Origin: Glaucostegus cemiculus
Taxonomy: Eukaryota
Assembly (NCBI GenBank): GCA_976551045.1
Contig: CDPCPM010000604.1
Coordinates: 1,364,001-1,428,000 of the forward strand
Reading direction: 5' to 3'
Length of the DNA: 64,000 bases
Shown here: piece by piece, positions 14,201 to 29,200 of the stretch
How the letters are laid out: each line of letters starts with the position of its first letter
How positions within the stretch are numbered: position 1 is the first letter of the stretch
Notes under the pieces: model-generated
Seen by the model: only the letters and a program-made list of their open reading frames with translations
Databases searched by the model: none
Told to the model about the DNA's origin: nothing
Made by a program: the position numbers and the translations under genes

Positions 14201-17200
14201 GCCCAGACGTGGTACAAGTGTGCCTGGCTGTCAAAGCGGGGTTGGACTGTATGAACGTGGACTGTGAGAGACACCAGAACCGGTGACCATAAAATGGTCG
14301 CCAATGAAAGCAAAAGGGAATTCAAGGAACACGTCTGTCCCAAGGGGCTGCGGGAATGAGGGTCTGAGCAGCCCGGGAGAGGTGGGAACGGGGTTATGGG
14401 GAAGCAGGTTAAATACACAAGTGTGAGAGGAACGGAAGGTAGATGGTGATGGAGACGGAAGGAGTGGGAATCGGCTGGTGTGGATCCGGAACGCCCAGCA
14501 CAAGGCCTAGTGCGCTGTTTCAATGCAATAAATAGTGTGTAAAATTATGTAGCTTGTCCCATAGTGAGCGGTGTTCTTTCTTCAATGCAGAATAAGCCCT
14601 GGTGTGTCAGCCGGTGTCTGTTGCATTTAATTTCAGGTTGTGGATTTTCAAACCCCACGGGTTGCAATGCTGTCACTAAACCACTCATGCGAGGCCTGAT
14701 TTCTACCCGTCAATCACCACGTGATCCTGTTGAAAATTTACCCCAATCCTGCACTAATGGTTACACAACCGGTGCATTGCACAGCATCTGTGCTGCGTGG
14801 GAGCAGCAACAGAGCTGCACGGGTCCAGTTACAGTGCTGCATGGGGCCAGCAGTGGTGTTGCTGGGGTTCGTTGTGTTGCTTGAGATGTGTGATGGCACT
14901 GGACCAGACATGTGTCGTGCACTGGTGGTGTTATTGACCGTGTCGTGCAAGGCTGTGTCGTGCACTGGTGGTGTTATTGACCGTGTCGTGCAAGGCTGTG
15001 TCATGCACTGGTGGTGTTGTTGACCGTGTCGTGCAAGGCTGTGTCGTGCACTGGTGGTGTTATTGACCATGTCGTGCAAGGCTGTGTCGTGCACTGGTGG
15101 TGTTATTGACCGTGTCGTGCAAGGCTGTGTCGTGCACTGGTGGTGTTGTTGACCGTGTCGTGCAAGGCTGTGTCGTGCACTGGTGGTGTTATTGACCGTG
15201 TCGTGCAAGGCTGCGTCGTGCACTGGTGGTGTTATTGACTGTGTAGTGCAAGGCTGCTCACCTGTTCGCCACCAGCTCCCTTATGTCCTGGCTTCCCAGG
15301 TAATCCCTGAGGTTAAAAAAGAGGTAATAATCAGTTCAGTACATTGGAGATATAACGTAGATGTCATTGTGATTTACACCAACAGTCCATAATGTTCTGA
15401 CCACGATTGGGACTGATGTTTAATACATTAAATAGAGAGCTCAAAAGACAAAGAGCCTGTCTTGGCACTTGGTCTCAAGGAACTTTGCTGTGTTACGTCA
15501 GACATTTTGATTTGTATTGAATCAAATCCACTGATGTCAGTGAGCTCCTGGAGTCCCGGTGTTACACATGTAGGTCCCAGGAAGGCAACATCTATCAGCG
15601 GGGACCCCCACCATCCGGGCTGTGCCCTCTCCTCGATGCTGCCGTCAGGCAGGAGGTACAGGAGCCTGAAGCCCCCACACCTCACGGTTCAACAACAGCT
15701 TCTTTCCCACTGCCGTCAATTCCTGAAAAACTCTAATACTACCTTGGACAATATCTCTCCTCTCTGGCTCCCAACTTGCACTAATGTTGGTAAGTTTATT
15801 TTGTCATGTAAGTTAGGTATAATTTATGTTAATTTAAGTTGATATAATTTATATTTGCAATGCACAGTGCTGCTGCAGCAAGAAGTAATTTTCATGGCAT
15901 TTATACCCTGGGTATGTCTGCCCATGACAATAAACTTGAACTCAGTCTGAAAACTTTGATGCTTTTTCTTGGGATACCCAACAGAATGCACTCCTGACCC
16001 AGCGGCCCCGCTCCTGGAAATCTTGATGTAGCCATTCCGGCAACAAATATGTTTCCGGGAGTTGGATTCAGCACATCTACTTGAACCTGCACTGGGAGCT
16101 GGGGTGGCTCGATCCGACTACAGGGCGGAGGTAGACCCGAGTCCTTCAGAAAGTTCACCAGTTGAATCGGTTATGTTTGAGGCACAAGGGACAGCAGATG
16201 CTCTAATCTAGAGGGAAAATCAATCTGCTGGAGGAACTCAGCAAACTGAGCGGCATCCGTGGAGGGAAAGGAATTGTTGACAATTCCTGCCGAGAATTTG
16301 CATCAGGACCGAGAGTGTAGGGGGGGATATGGCCGCTAGAAGGAGGTGAGGGGGGTGGTGGCAAAGAACAGGCGAGTCCAGGTAAGGAGGGGTTGATGGG
16401 CAGGAGGAGCCAGGTGGGGGAGGGAGGCGAGGAGATAGTGACAGAGGCTGGGAGGTGATGGCTGGTAACCTCGAAGGAGGAGAAAGGAAGGTGATGTGTG
16501 GAACCAGATAAGGGAGAGATGCTGGGCAGGTGAAACCAGGTGGGGTAGCAGAGAGAAGCTGGGTAACAGGGGGCAGGCTGGAAGAAAGGGTGTGTGAGGG
16601 AGGACCAGGGTGGCTCAGGATGAGAGAGAAAGGAACAGAAGAGCTGCGGGTTACCTGAGATTGTAGAATCCAGTGTCCGCGCCCTTGGGTTGTAGACTAC
16701 CCAGGTGGAAAATGAGGGACTGTTCCTCTAGTTTGTGTTTGGCCTCCCTCTGGCAGTGGAGGAGGCTGAGGACAGACAGGTCGGTGTGGGGACGTGGAGG
16801 GGAGTTGAAATGGCTGGCAGCCAGGAGCTCCAGATGGCCACGCCGGACAGAACGCAGGCGCTTGGCAAAGCGGTTGCGCAGTCTGCACTTGGTCTCGCCG
16901 ACGTGCAGGAGCAGCGAACGCAATGGACGAGGTTAGAGGAGGGTGCACGTGAACCTCTGCCTGACCTGGAAGGGCTGGCTAGGTCCCTGGATGGTGGTGA
17001 GGGAGGTGGCGCAGGGGCAGCATTTGCACCTCCATCAGTTACAGGGGAAAGTGGGGACGGGTTGGGTGGGGAGGGATGGAAGGACCAGGGAGTCACAGAG
17101 AGAGTGGGCCCTGCGGAAGGCAGAGAGGGGTGGGGAGGGGAGGGGAAGGTGTGACTGGGGGTGGGATCAGATTGTAGTCAGTGGACACGTTGAAGGGCGA

Positions 17201-20200
17201 TGTGCTAGGTGTGGAGGCTGGTGGGGTGGGACCTACATCTGTTCGGTTCAGGAGGAGGCGGAGTGAGAGCAGAAGTGTGGGAGGAGTGGGTGAGGTGGGT
17301 GAGGGCTCCATCAACCACAGTTAGAGGTGAAGTCACACTTCCTGTAAAGGGAAGACATCTCCGACATCCTGGAGTGGAAAAGCCTCTTCCGGAGAACAGA
17401 TGCAGCAGAGATGGAGAAACTGAGAGAAAGGGGTGGTGTCCGAACAAGAGACGGGGTGGGAGGAGGTGGGAGTTGCGGGAGTTTGTGGTAAATGTCGGTG
17501 TATGGTCTTTCTCCTGAGGTGGGGGACAGTGAGAGCCAGGAAGGGGACAGAGGTGTCAGAAGTGGTCCAGGTGAATTTGAGGGCAGGATGGAAGTTATAG
17601 CGAAGCCGATAACCTTGATGAGTTCTGCACGGGTGCAGGAAGCAGCACCAATGCAGTCATCGGTGTGACAGGGAGAGCGAGTTGGGGAGGGGCGTTAGAG
17701 TAGGTTTGGAACAAGGACACCTCCCAGCCTCTGTCACTATCTCCACCCCTCCCTCCCTCACCTGGCTCCATCTGCCCATCACCCGGCCCCACCTGGATCC
17801 ACCTATCGCTGGTCAGCTCCCACCTCCCCCCTCCTCCTCCCCTCATTATACTGCCTATCTCCCCTTGACATGCTCAGTCCTGATGCAGGGTCTCAACTCG
17901 AAACATTGAACATCCCTCCGCCTCCACAGATGCTGCTCGACCCACTGAGTCCCTCCAACAGATCCGTTGTTGGTGCCGATCCTAGCGCCTGCAGTGTTGT
18001 CTGTCCTCCTTTCACCTCTCACCACTTTCTTTTCTATCGAAGTAGATGGACTCACATTTTTCCCATTATATTCCATCTGCTGCGTCCTCTCCCATTCTGT
18101 CTATGGCCCCCGAAGGCTCTGCACCCTTCTCACAGCCCACATCCGTCTAGTATCGTCAGCAGGCTCGGATATATTACACTCATCCAGAACGTGGGCTATG
18201 AGAGCAGGTCCAAGGCTGGGTATCCTGCCATGGGTGACTCACTGCCTGTACCCCAAAGCCTCTCCAGTATCTACAAGGCATAGGTCAGGAGCGCGATGGA
18301 AGGATGTAAATCTTCCATTGGATGTAAGGGATGTACCAGTCCAGGTACGGGATGCCTTAGGTTGGACAGGTGGGGCTTTTATCTGCTAATGTTTAGAGAG
18401 AGGGAGGGGATTTGACCTTCACCAGAACGACTTCAGCCGTTCAAGAAGTGGCTCACCGCCACCTCTTCAAGGGCAAGTAAGGGTGTCAGTCAGTAAATAA
18501 GGGCAGCAAGTGGCCAGATCTCGAGAAATGAATGTATAATAATATCTACTGTGAGGAGCTGAGACATCAGTGCCAATCTCTGTGACTCCTCACCACTCAC
18601 TGCTCAACCTGAAAATGGTCTGTCTATTCAGCTTCTGTCTGTGAATCCACCCTCAGCCCAGGCTTATACATCACCCCCAACACTGTGTGTTCTGATTGTT
18701 GTTAATTGTAGCGTCTTATCCAAGGCCTTCTGAAAATACACCACATCAAATGGTTTCCCCAAATCTATTCTGCTAGTTACGACCTCAAAAATTTTTACAG
18801 GTTTGTTAAACGCAATTTCATTTTCATAAATCCACATTGATTCTGCCTTATCCTATAATTCACTTCTAAATTCCATGTTACCACATTCTTGCTGATAGAT
18901 TCTGGCATTTTCCCCAAAACTGATATCTGTAGTTATCCATTTTCTCTGCCACACAAATGACCCTCTACTCTTTCAGACCAAGTGAAGGGTCTCGACCTGA
19001 AACATCGACTGTCCACTTCCCTCCACAGATGCTGCCTGACCTGCCGAGTTCCTCCAGCATCTGGTGTGTTGTTCTTGATTCCAGCGCCTGCAGTCTCTTA
19101 TGTCTCCAAGATAGATTTGCTACCTTCCAACCTGTGTGAACCATTCTAAGATCCATGGACTTTGGCAAGATGAGAACCATTGTCTGCTCAGCTGCCCCCT
19201 ACAAAACCCCACAGTGCAGATCATCGGTCCTGGGGATTTATTGCATTTCAATCCCATTAAGTTCTGCGGCACAATATTTGTGGAAGTTTAACAAAACAGA
19301 ATGACTGGGAGTAGGAGAGGTCACAACGATCCCTGCCCTTTCACCATGTCTGTCCAATGAAATGTTCAATTTAAATCTAGATGGTCATGGCAGTCTATTG
19401 GAAAATATTTGTCATCAAATCAGAAGCATCCAATGACTTGTGAATCCCATTCATTGTTACTGGGAATCTTCGGTACGCTACAAAACTTTGCCTTCAGGGA
19501 TCTACTTCCGAAAGGACAGGATTCCGATTCCTGATCATAGGGGGAACCTGATCCGTGGCGAGCTGGGCAGTTGGACCGTGTGTCTGGGGCTGTTGAAGGA
19601 AGGGACGGACAGAGATCCTCCCCCAGATCACAGGGGCTGGGTTGGAATGAGAACTGGACCCCCGGCGTTTCTGCCCTGAGAATGCAGTACAGTATTCAGA
19701 GGCACATCACAGAGGTGGTCACTTGGGTGTGGTCCTGGAGCCTTAACCATGGAACTGGACTCTGTCTGTGCAGGGAGAGGCACACCGGGAGAGGGTACAG
19801 GTCAAGGTAGGGAGCTGCCTAGTTTTAAGACTCTGTTAATTGTGTTATTTTTCTGATTATTCACCCTGGCCACTGTTGTGTGCTCTAATAGTGCCCTCAT
19901 TCTGTTATCTGTGTGATCTAACCATATTTTCATTCTGGCTTCTGTTAACTGTGTGCTCTAATTGTGCTCTCATTCTGACTTCTGTTATCTGTGTGCTCTA
20001 ACCATGTTCTCATTCCGGCCTCTGGTAACCGTGTGCTCTAATTACACTCTTGTTCTGACCTCTGATATCTGTGTGCTCTAACCATGTTCTCATTCCGGTC
20101 TCTGGTAACCATGTGCTCTAATTACACTCTTGTTCTGACCTCTGATATCTGTGTGCTCTAACCATGTTCTCATTCCGGCCTCTGGTAACCATGTGCTCTA

Positions 20201-23200
20201 ATTACGCTCTTGTTCTGACCTCTGATATCTGTGTGCTCTAACCATGTTCTCATTCCGGCCTCTGGTAACTGTGTGTTCTAATTGTGCTCTCCTTTGCACT
20301 CCTTCACTCAGCCCTCTGTTACTCAGGCAGTTCAATACTCACAGGCTGCCCTACGGGACCTTTCTCTCCAGGGGCCCCGTTACGTCCAGGATCGCCCTGT
20401 AACACAAGAAACACATCACACCGTCAGAATGAACACACTTCAATGAGTTATCTCCATCCTTCTCCCTGTACCGAGAACCACTCGGTATTGTCACAGTTTT
20501 GTTTAACAGTGGCAAATTTACTCCTTACCTTCTCACCGTTGGTCCCCGGATTTCCATCTCGCCCATCCCGGCCTGGAATTCCCTGAAATATTTCAGAGCA
20601 TTGTTAAACCTTGTAAAAGCAAGTCAATTCCAGAAGATCAAAATTCATCAACGAGCCCTTAAAGGTGTGAAATTAAAGGACATGACGGAAAGTTTAAATG
20701 GCCTGAAGGGGTTTGTGTTCCGTGTGCTGAGCCTCACTAAAGTCACCCAAAAGCACAGTGGGTCCATCATCCCTGCCCCTCCACACATCCTCTGCCTCTG
20801 ATCAGTCCCAGTGTTCGTTCAACATTCAGTGCTGAACGAGCAGACTGTCATGATTCTGAGTACTGGCCCTTGACTTGGTTCCTTAGATGCCTCGTTGTAC
20901 AGCACATGGATTCCATGCTGGACTGATTGCACAATGACACACACCTGAGCCCCATCAGGGGCCTAGCATAAGTACCTGGGTTTCTCTAGCTCTAGTTGCT
21001 GGAGGATTGGTCAACCTTGAAGATTCAGTTTGGTTCCTAGCTGCTTAGAGTGGTCTACTCCAGAGCAGTCCTGAGTTCTCTCATCCTGCTTGAAGATTCA
21101 GTTTGTGTTGGGATTACTACTCAGATCTCCGAGGCAAGATTCCTTCCAGAGTTGCCTGTGTCCAGTCCTGAGGAAGTATCCTGACTCCAGTCTTGTACCA
21201 GTGTGCTGCATTTAGGTTCTCTGTGAGCTTGCTCTTCAGTCAACATTGTGACACAGACGTTTTGTCTGAATCGGAAATCCCTGGTGCCTGGAACTATCCT
21301 GGAGAATCTTCCAACTTCTTCACATTCTTCTTATAAAGTGGGGCCCAGAATTTTCAGTTAATTAAGCTACAGTTGAGGCAGCATTAATGTAACCACTTCA
21401 CTTTATCATGTACTTTGTGCCTCTGGAGTGTCAACTTTCCAATTGCTTTCTCAACATGTCTTACCATCTACAAAGATTTGGTCTGCAGGTATCCCCAGGG
21501 TTCTCTGTGCCTGCAATCCCTCTAGAGTTGTCCTGAAATTATTAATATTCCCTGTTCTCAGTCTCGCCAGGGAAAAATGCACCACTTCACCCATTGGCCT
21601 GCAGCCTGTCCCTATCATTATCCCCCCTGCAGGTTACACTTCCAGCCTCTGTGTTATCTTGTAACTGTGCCCAAGATGAGCTGTAGACTCAGAACCAACC
21701 GCCAGATCTCTGACCCAACCCCCAGATCTCTGACCTGACCCTTAGATCCCAATCTTCCCCAACAGAATCAAGGGAGGTCATTTGAACTGATGTGAATTGA
21801 AGCTGCTTAGGACCTATTACTGCTGTGAAAATGCTTTTGTTATTTGAGGCCTGTAAATTTTCAAAGATTTACTGCCGAAAACATTTTTGGCCTAAATCAA
21901 ATCTACACAATTTTATGTTCATGGATTATAGTTTTCCCACAAGAATATTTTAAAAGTAAAGGATTTTACAATTTTATTTCAACTTTCACAGAGCTTTTTT
22001 GCTATACTTTGGCTTCTACTGTAATTATATGGATATATTCCAACTTTTAATAAGCACTGGAAAATGTTTAAGAAGTCAATTATAATTATACTTTTTTTCC
22101 CTTGATTTTTGCCTGTGAGAATCCTTTAACGTGATTGGCTGCTCAGCCAGTTTTTGGACATTTAGGCTGTGGGGCACCAGGAGTCCTCTTGAACTGACCA
22201 CTTGATGGTCAGAACAGGGGTTAACCCATAACTCAGAGGCAGTGGATCTTCAGGGATACTTTCCAGCGACATTGCCTCTCCCCTGACCACAAGTTCCAGG
22301 CCATTCGCTTTGAGTTCCATGACTGCCAGCCCAGTGACTGTGTGAGAGGAACAGATTCAATCAAAGCAAACATTCCAGAAATACTTACCGGCCCCCCCTT
22401 CTGTCCAGCAACACCAGGCAACCCTCGTGGGCCAATCTTCCCCTGTAACAAGACCAGAGAGGAGTTAACAAACCCTGAACCATTTTTGGCCATCGGTTGC
22501 TCAGCATCAGCTGTCCAGGTGCGGCAACTGCCCTGCCCAGGACCGCACAAAACCGCGGGGTTGTGGACACAGCCCAGCACATCACGGAAACCAGCCTCCC
22601 CTCCATGGACTCTGTCTACACTTCTCACTGCCTCGGTAAAGCAGCCAGCATAATCAAAGACCCCACCTACCCCGGACATTCTCTCTTGTCCCCCCTCCCA
22701 TACAAAAGCCTGAGAGCACGTACCACCAGGCTCAAGGACAGCTTCTATCCCACTGTTATAAGACTATTGAACAGACCTCTTGTATGATAAAATGGACTCT
22801 TGACCACAATCTGCCTCGTTATGACCTTGCACCTTATTGTCTGCCTGCACTGCACTTTCTCTGTATCTGTTACACTTTATTCTGCATTCTTTCTTTTTCA
22901 AACTTTTTATTAGTTACAAATCAATACAGATTAATATATAGCATCAATGTTCACACATGTATTACAAAGAGATCAGGATAACAATCATAGCATAGGTCAT
23001 CATAAGAAACAATAAATTATAATATATAACAAAACAGATCCATCAATCTCTTGGTTGATGAATATAGTATAAAAGATAAGAAGGAAAAAGATTTATTATA
23101 TAAATAGGGGAAAAAAGAAAAAAAAACAAATCAATTTAAAAAAAATTGTAACAATATAAACTAAACAGAAAATTTTAGGAAAAAAAACAAAAAAGGCTGG

Positions 23201-26200
23201 GCTAAAATTTCTCTATAGGTCTGGCCCATGTCCAATGCAGAGGTCGATCCCAGACCAGGATACGTTGACTGACCAGCTTCCTCACAACACCCATCCAGCA
23301 CAGGAATTAAACCTTCTATAAATCTGGACCTAGATGGATTTATTTTTCCTCACTTTATTCATCCAATACCCTTTGCTGTTAACCAACGTGTTAATTGGTA
23401 GCTCCCTCTGCACTGAGTCAGGAAGTTCTGGGTTCAAGTCCCACATCAGGGACTTCTACTCCACGCCAGCAGTTCCAGCCCCTGGGCTGCAACCCAGTTT
23501 GGAGATGCAGAGGTGAGGAATGGGGTTGAAGGGACGCTGCCACATCTTTTGATGTGCACCCAGGATGTAGTTTGTGGGCCGCAGAAACCTTCCAGTGTTT
23601 AAGAGGGATCCCTGTGCTTGAGTGGGCAGCCTGCCTGCTCTCGGAGTTGGACAACAAAGATCCGAGGGCATTATTTCCAGGAAGGGCAGACCAAGGCTCC
23701 CTGAAGTGCTGGATTTATCGCCCAGTCAATATTCCTAAAAACAGACCATCCGGTCACAATTATGTTACTTCCTGGCCCCCATTGCTTGCTGTGTGAATGC
23801 TGGCTGGTGTGTTTCCGACATCATAGCACAGACTACTCCTCCAAAGGCTCCTCCGGGGTGGCTCAGCCGGTAGTGGCACTGCCCCACAGCTCCAGATACC
23901 CAGGTTCAATCCTGACCTCCAGTGCTGTCTGTGTGGAGTTTGCACGTTCTCCCCATGACCACATGGGATCCCCCCTCCCTCCCCCCCCACCCCCGTGCTC
24001 TGGTTTCCTCCCACATCCCAAAGGTGTGCTGGTTGATAGGTTAATTGACCACTGCAGGTTGCTGCTCGTGTGTAGGTGAGGGGTAGGATCTGGGGTGGGA
24101 GGTGGGAGGTGGGGGGTGGGGGGGATGTTGCTGTGCGAACGTGGGGAGCATTAAAAATAAAATGGGATTAGTGTAGAATCGGTGTAAGTGTGTGGGCGAT
24201 GGTCAGCACTGACTCGGTGGGCTGACGCGTACTGCATCTCTCTCTCTGACTCGTGGGGACATCCTGAGATTGGGAAGGTCGACATTTCTTCACTGCCTGT
24301 GACGTGACTTGCGGCTCCAATGGTTTTTATCTCACTTACTCTGTAACTTACACTGTACATTGAGTACAACGAGCAATGACAAATTAAGGTAGGATCACGG
24401 CTGAAGAAATCTGACCGTCACTTACCCGGCTTCCCTTTGTTCCTGGGAATCCAATATGTCCCTTTGGACCTGCATCTCCCTGGAATCAACACCAGACAAA
24501 CCATAAAACAGCAGCAGAGACAACCCTTCTCAGTGCACCCACTCACTAAGTGATGGTCACAGGACACTGGTGCTCAACTGACCCCAACCACAGAGCTGCA
24601 GTCAGTCCCACACCACGCTACCCCGACCGACCAGCTCCCTCACATCACCCCTCAAAGATTGAAGTTTTATCCTTCTCCAAGTCTGTGCACTGGCCAGTGT
24701 TTTCTAGTAAAATAAACTTTGCTTTTGAAAGACTTTTACATGTAGTTATGTTATAGATATTGACAGTTGCTTAACATATTGATTCAATTCCTGGACCATT
24801 AACTTTGACACAAGTTTGAATCCCACCATGGCAGCTGGGAATTTGAAATTGGCTAATTAATTACAATCTAAAAGCTGAAATATGAACACTAGTATCAGCA
24901 GGAATGATCAGAAAACTACTGGACCTCTATAAAAACTCACCTGGTTCACAAATGTCCTTTAGGCACATGTAGGACCTATACCCCAGTGAGTCAATGTTGT
25001 AGACTCGTCAGCACAGAGAGGCAGTGTGTGTGGGACCTGTACCCTAGTGAGTCACCCTCTGTATGTGGCTCCAGACTTACGACAGTCTTGCTGAAACATT
25101 TCAGCAAGCCACACAGCTGTCCCAAACCTCTGCACACTGTTTGAGATGACACCTTCTCAGACCATTAGGAGCAGGTTATAATGTTGGTCTTGTCAAAGAT
25201 CAGCCCATCCTTAATTACATGCAACCTCCGTACAATGTGCCTAGTTATGTCACGGTTTCAGAAGTACTGTGGTGATTACCAATATCCCGTTAGATACATA
25301 TTATTTCATTGCAGCATCCAGGGCAAGGGCTGCAGTCCATTACCTGGGTGCGTCATGTGTTGGACTCCCTACTTATATTATCTTTACTGGAGTGTGTTAG
25401 ATTTACAAAAAGTATTAAATGGCTGGGGAGAGTTGTTGCATATGGATATAATACAGGTAAACGTGGAGTCACAGGAATCAGTGCCTGCAGGACTTGTAGA
25501 CCGGTGAGTCAATGTCTGTAGACTTGTCACCAGAGAGCGAGGCACTGTGTGTGGAACCTGTACCCTAGTGAGTCAACGTATAGAGACTCTTACTCCAGGG
25601 AGAGGCAGTGTGTGTGCATCTGTCTCCTGCCATGTATAGTTACGTGGGTTTTAAGAGATCCAGTGTCCTCAGTGTGTTCTCTGTGCTCAGTACCCAATTA
25701 TTCCAGGGCCACAGGGAGGCTGTAATATTCCCAGCAGGATGGAACAGACCACAGTTGTGAAAGTCCCTCTGACTGACAGGGGAACAACGTAGGATCAACA
25801 GTCCAGTGCTGGNNNNNNNNNNNNNNNNNNNNNNNNNNNNNNNNNNNNNNNNNNNNNNNNNNNNNNNNNNNNNNNNNNNNNNNNNNNNNNNNNNNNNNNN
25901 NNNNNNNNNNNNNNNNNNNNNNNNNNNNNNNNNNNNNNNNNNNNNNNNNNNNNNNNNNNNNNNNNNNNNNNNNNNNNNNNNNNNNNNNNNNNNNNNNNNN
26001 NNNNNNNNNNNNNNNNNNNNNNNNNNNNNNNNNNNNNNNNNNNNNNNNNNNNNNNNNNNNNNNNNNNNNNNNNNNNNNNNNNNNNNNNNNNNNNNNNNNN
26101 NNNNNNNNNNNNNNNNNNNNNNNNNNNNNNNNNNNNGTGCGTGTGTACTTCAGCATTGGTGAGGGTGTGTTCTGCTGGGTGAGGGCAGTGTGGGGCCCTG

Positions 26201-29200
26201 TTGTAGTTATGGAACTTTGAGGAGGGATTCCAAAATGAGGTAAATGTCAGTCTCACATATAACACCATAACACTGGTGTGAGAGTTGTCCCTGGCACTCG
26301 TGTTGTATGGAGGCTGCACTGTCATTAAGCGGGTGGGTATTCCATGTGTGGGCTTCGGATTGGAATCTTGAAGTCTGCTTTTCTCTGCGCTCTGTGGATG
26401 TGCTGGAAGCTTGGAACTAGTGTTGAGATTTTTTACCATTTCCACATCACGCTGACAGACTCGCACCCTATACCCCTTTTAGCCACATTTAACCCCATTT
26501 GATTTGAGGATATAATGAAAACTATTCCTGGGGAATAGCCACGTTCCCAAGTCATATAAGGAAGGACAGATTGATGCAGAGGGTGCACATTAGAACATAA
26601 AACCCCTGATCAGAGTGGAACTGAGTGATGGGACTAGAGGTGGGCTAGAGGATAGGTCGGTGGATTGACTGGGCAAATGCTGCCCCTGAGGTGGAGAGAG
26701 TCGAGCTCTGTGACCACGGAGGACAGGCTGCAATGGGTATTTCCCAGAGGGAAGACTCCAACTGGGACTGAGATGCAGTAATCAGTCCAAATTGTGTCCG
26801 GTGTAAGGCTGGTGTTTGAGGTTAATGTTGGATGACTCAACCTACCCCCACAGGACTTGCCATTCCTGTCTGTTGTGGGGAGCACTTCTGCCTCTGCCTG
26901 ATAGTTGTGGGTTCAAATCCCGTGCCAGAGTACGTGTGATGCCCCGGGGGAGTGCTGCTTTGTTGGAGGTACAGTTTTCCCCACCCCACCCCACCCCACC
27001 AGATAGACATTACGATGAAGTTCCTCCTGCTCTCTCAGTTGGATTTAAGACCCCATGCACCATTTACCCAGCGCCCTGCCCAACATCCCTATCACCTGAC
27101 CATCATCGGTGCCAGTTCCCCATCGCCCGCAATCCCCCGACCTTTCAAATACTTATCCATCTCCACCTTAAACGCATCCAATGATCCGGCCTCCACCTCC
27201 CTCGAGGGCAGAGAATTCCAGAGGTTCACCCCCCCCTCTGAGGGAAGACATTTCTACCCACCTCAGTTTTAAATAACCGGCCCCTTATCTTGTAACCATG
27301 TCCCCTTGTTCACGACTCTCCCACGCCTGGAAACATCTCAACATTGACACTGCTGCCCTCTGAGGGCTAGAAGAATGTTTGAATAAGGTCACCCCGCATT
27401 CTTCTAAACTCCGAGGAATACCGAACCACACTGTCCGGCCTCTCTGAATAGGACAAACCCTCTCGTCCCAGGAATTACCCCAGTGAATCTCCTTGGGACT
27501 GCCCCCAATGTTACTGTGTCTTGTTATAGGTAAGTTGGGGGCGGGGGGAGGCTGCTGAGCCATGCTCAGTACTCCAGGTGTGGCCTCACCTACACCCTGT
27601 ACAACTGGAACACAACCTCCCGATTCTGAACCTCCAACCTCTTTGCAATATTAGGGGCGGCACAGCAGTGTAGCGGTTAGTGTCACACTCTTACAGCGCC
27701 AGTGACCCAGGTTCAATTCCCACCACTGTCTGTAAGGAGTTTGTACGTTCTCCCTGTGACTGCGCGGGTTTCCTCCGGGTGCTCCGGTTTCCTCCCACAT
27801 TCCAAAGACCTACGGGTTAGTAGGTTAACATGGGTGTAATTGTGGGCCGTTGGTCAGGAAGGTCCTAGTACCGTACTGTGTAGGTAAAGTTTTAAAAAAA
27901 GGGCGGCATGTTGTTTGCCTCCTTCGCTGTGTGGGACCTGCCGGCTCAGCCCAACCCACTCCGTCCAAAGGCAATAGGAAGGAGGGAATTTTAATCCGCA
28001 ACCCTCTCCCACCCCTGCCCACTCCTGACCCACACAATTCCCCCCACCCTTCACTCCCCACCCACACATGCACATTTGCCTCTGTCCCCCTCTCCCCACC
28101 CACACTCCCCATCCCCCAGTCTCCTCCCCACCCCTCTCCCCACCCTTTCCCCTCACATTCCCCACCCTTCCCCCTCCCCACAGTCAACACCCCTCTACCC
28201 CTCCCACCCTACTGACTCTCCGAACCAACATTAGGAAAATATCTCGTCTCATCCCATGACCAGGGTTCGGACAATCAGGAACGACCGCGGATAGGACATC
28301 CCAACCCTCTCCGACTCCACACAACTGCCTGCAAAGCCCTTCGGCCCATCGCTCGGAGAGGATGCACCCGGTACTATCATACTTACAGCTTTCCCAGGGG
28401 GCCCCGGGGGGCCGGCAGGTCCAGGAAATCCGATCAGACCCTGCGGGAGAACGGGAGAGTCAGCTCCAAGGTAGCGGACGGGTCCCTGTGATGGTCACTC
28501 AGTCTGCACCATCAGCGCGTCAGTGACCCAACAGACTTCCACCCCGTCACTGGGTGTCCACAGGGAGGGAGAGAGGGTTCCCCTCGAAGACCAGGCCAAG
28601 CTCCGGAATTCCCCCGGAAGCTCCCCGTATCCCTCCAGCAACGTGTCCCGTGGGTAGTTCCCTGCTCACTGGGTCGGCCGTCGTGGGTTCACATCCCACT
28701 CCGGGACCTGAGCACCTGCGGGGGTGGGTGGGATGGGGGTGGGTTCCTGTACGACCCTGGACCAGTGGAGGGAAGGCCCCCCCGCCTCACTGGGGTGTGG
28801 GCAGGAACGACCACTCACCACGGTTACACAGTCTGGTGCATGTCCTTCAGGAGACTACCGGTTACTGGGGGTAGAACCAGCCCCTGTCAACCTTAACCCT
28901 TACCTCCCAGTCAAAGTTAACCCTTCCCCTACTGGCCCTTAGGGCCGAGCGGCCTACGGGAGGTCACTGTGCTCAACTGGATGCTGCATTTTTTACAACG
29001 GTGACCACACTTCAGATTGGGACGATTTCATTGGCTGTGGGGATTTTGGGATGGTGAAGGGCGCTGCATAAATTCAGCTCCTGCTTTTATCTCCTCCTCG
29101 GAGGCATTTCTTAAAACCACTACTCGCGCCCCCCCCCCCCCGCTCCCTCCCTGCTTCCCCAACCCCCACCCAACACCCCTGCCCCTTCCCGGGGCACTGG

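Noticed and set aside
14912-15255. CRISPR-like appearance of the regular 43-bp repeats
   Set aside because: There are no unique spacers and no cas genes, and the context is a vertebrate intron; it is a plain tandem repeat.
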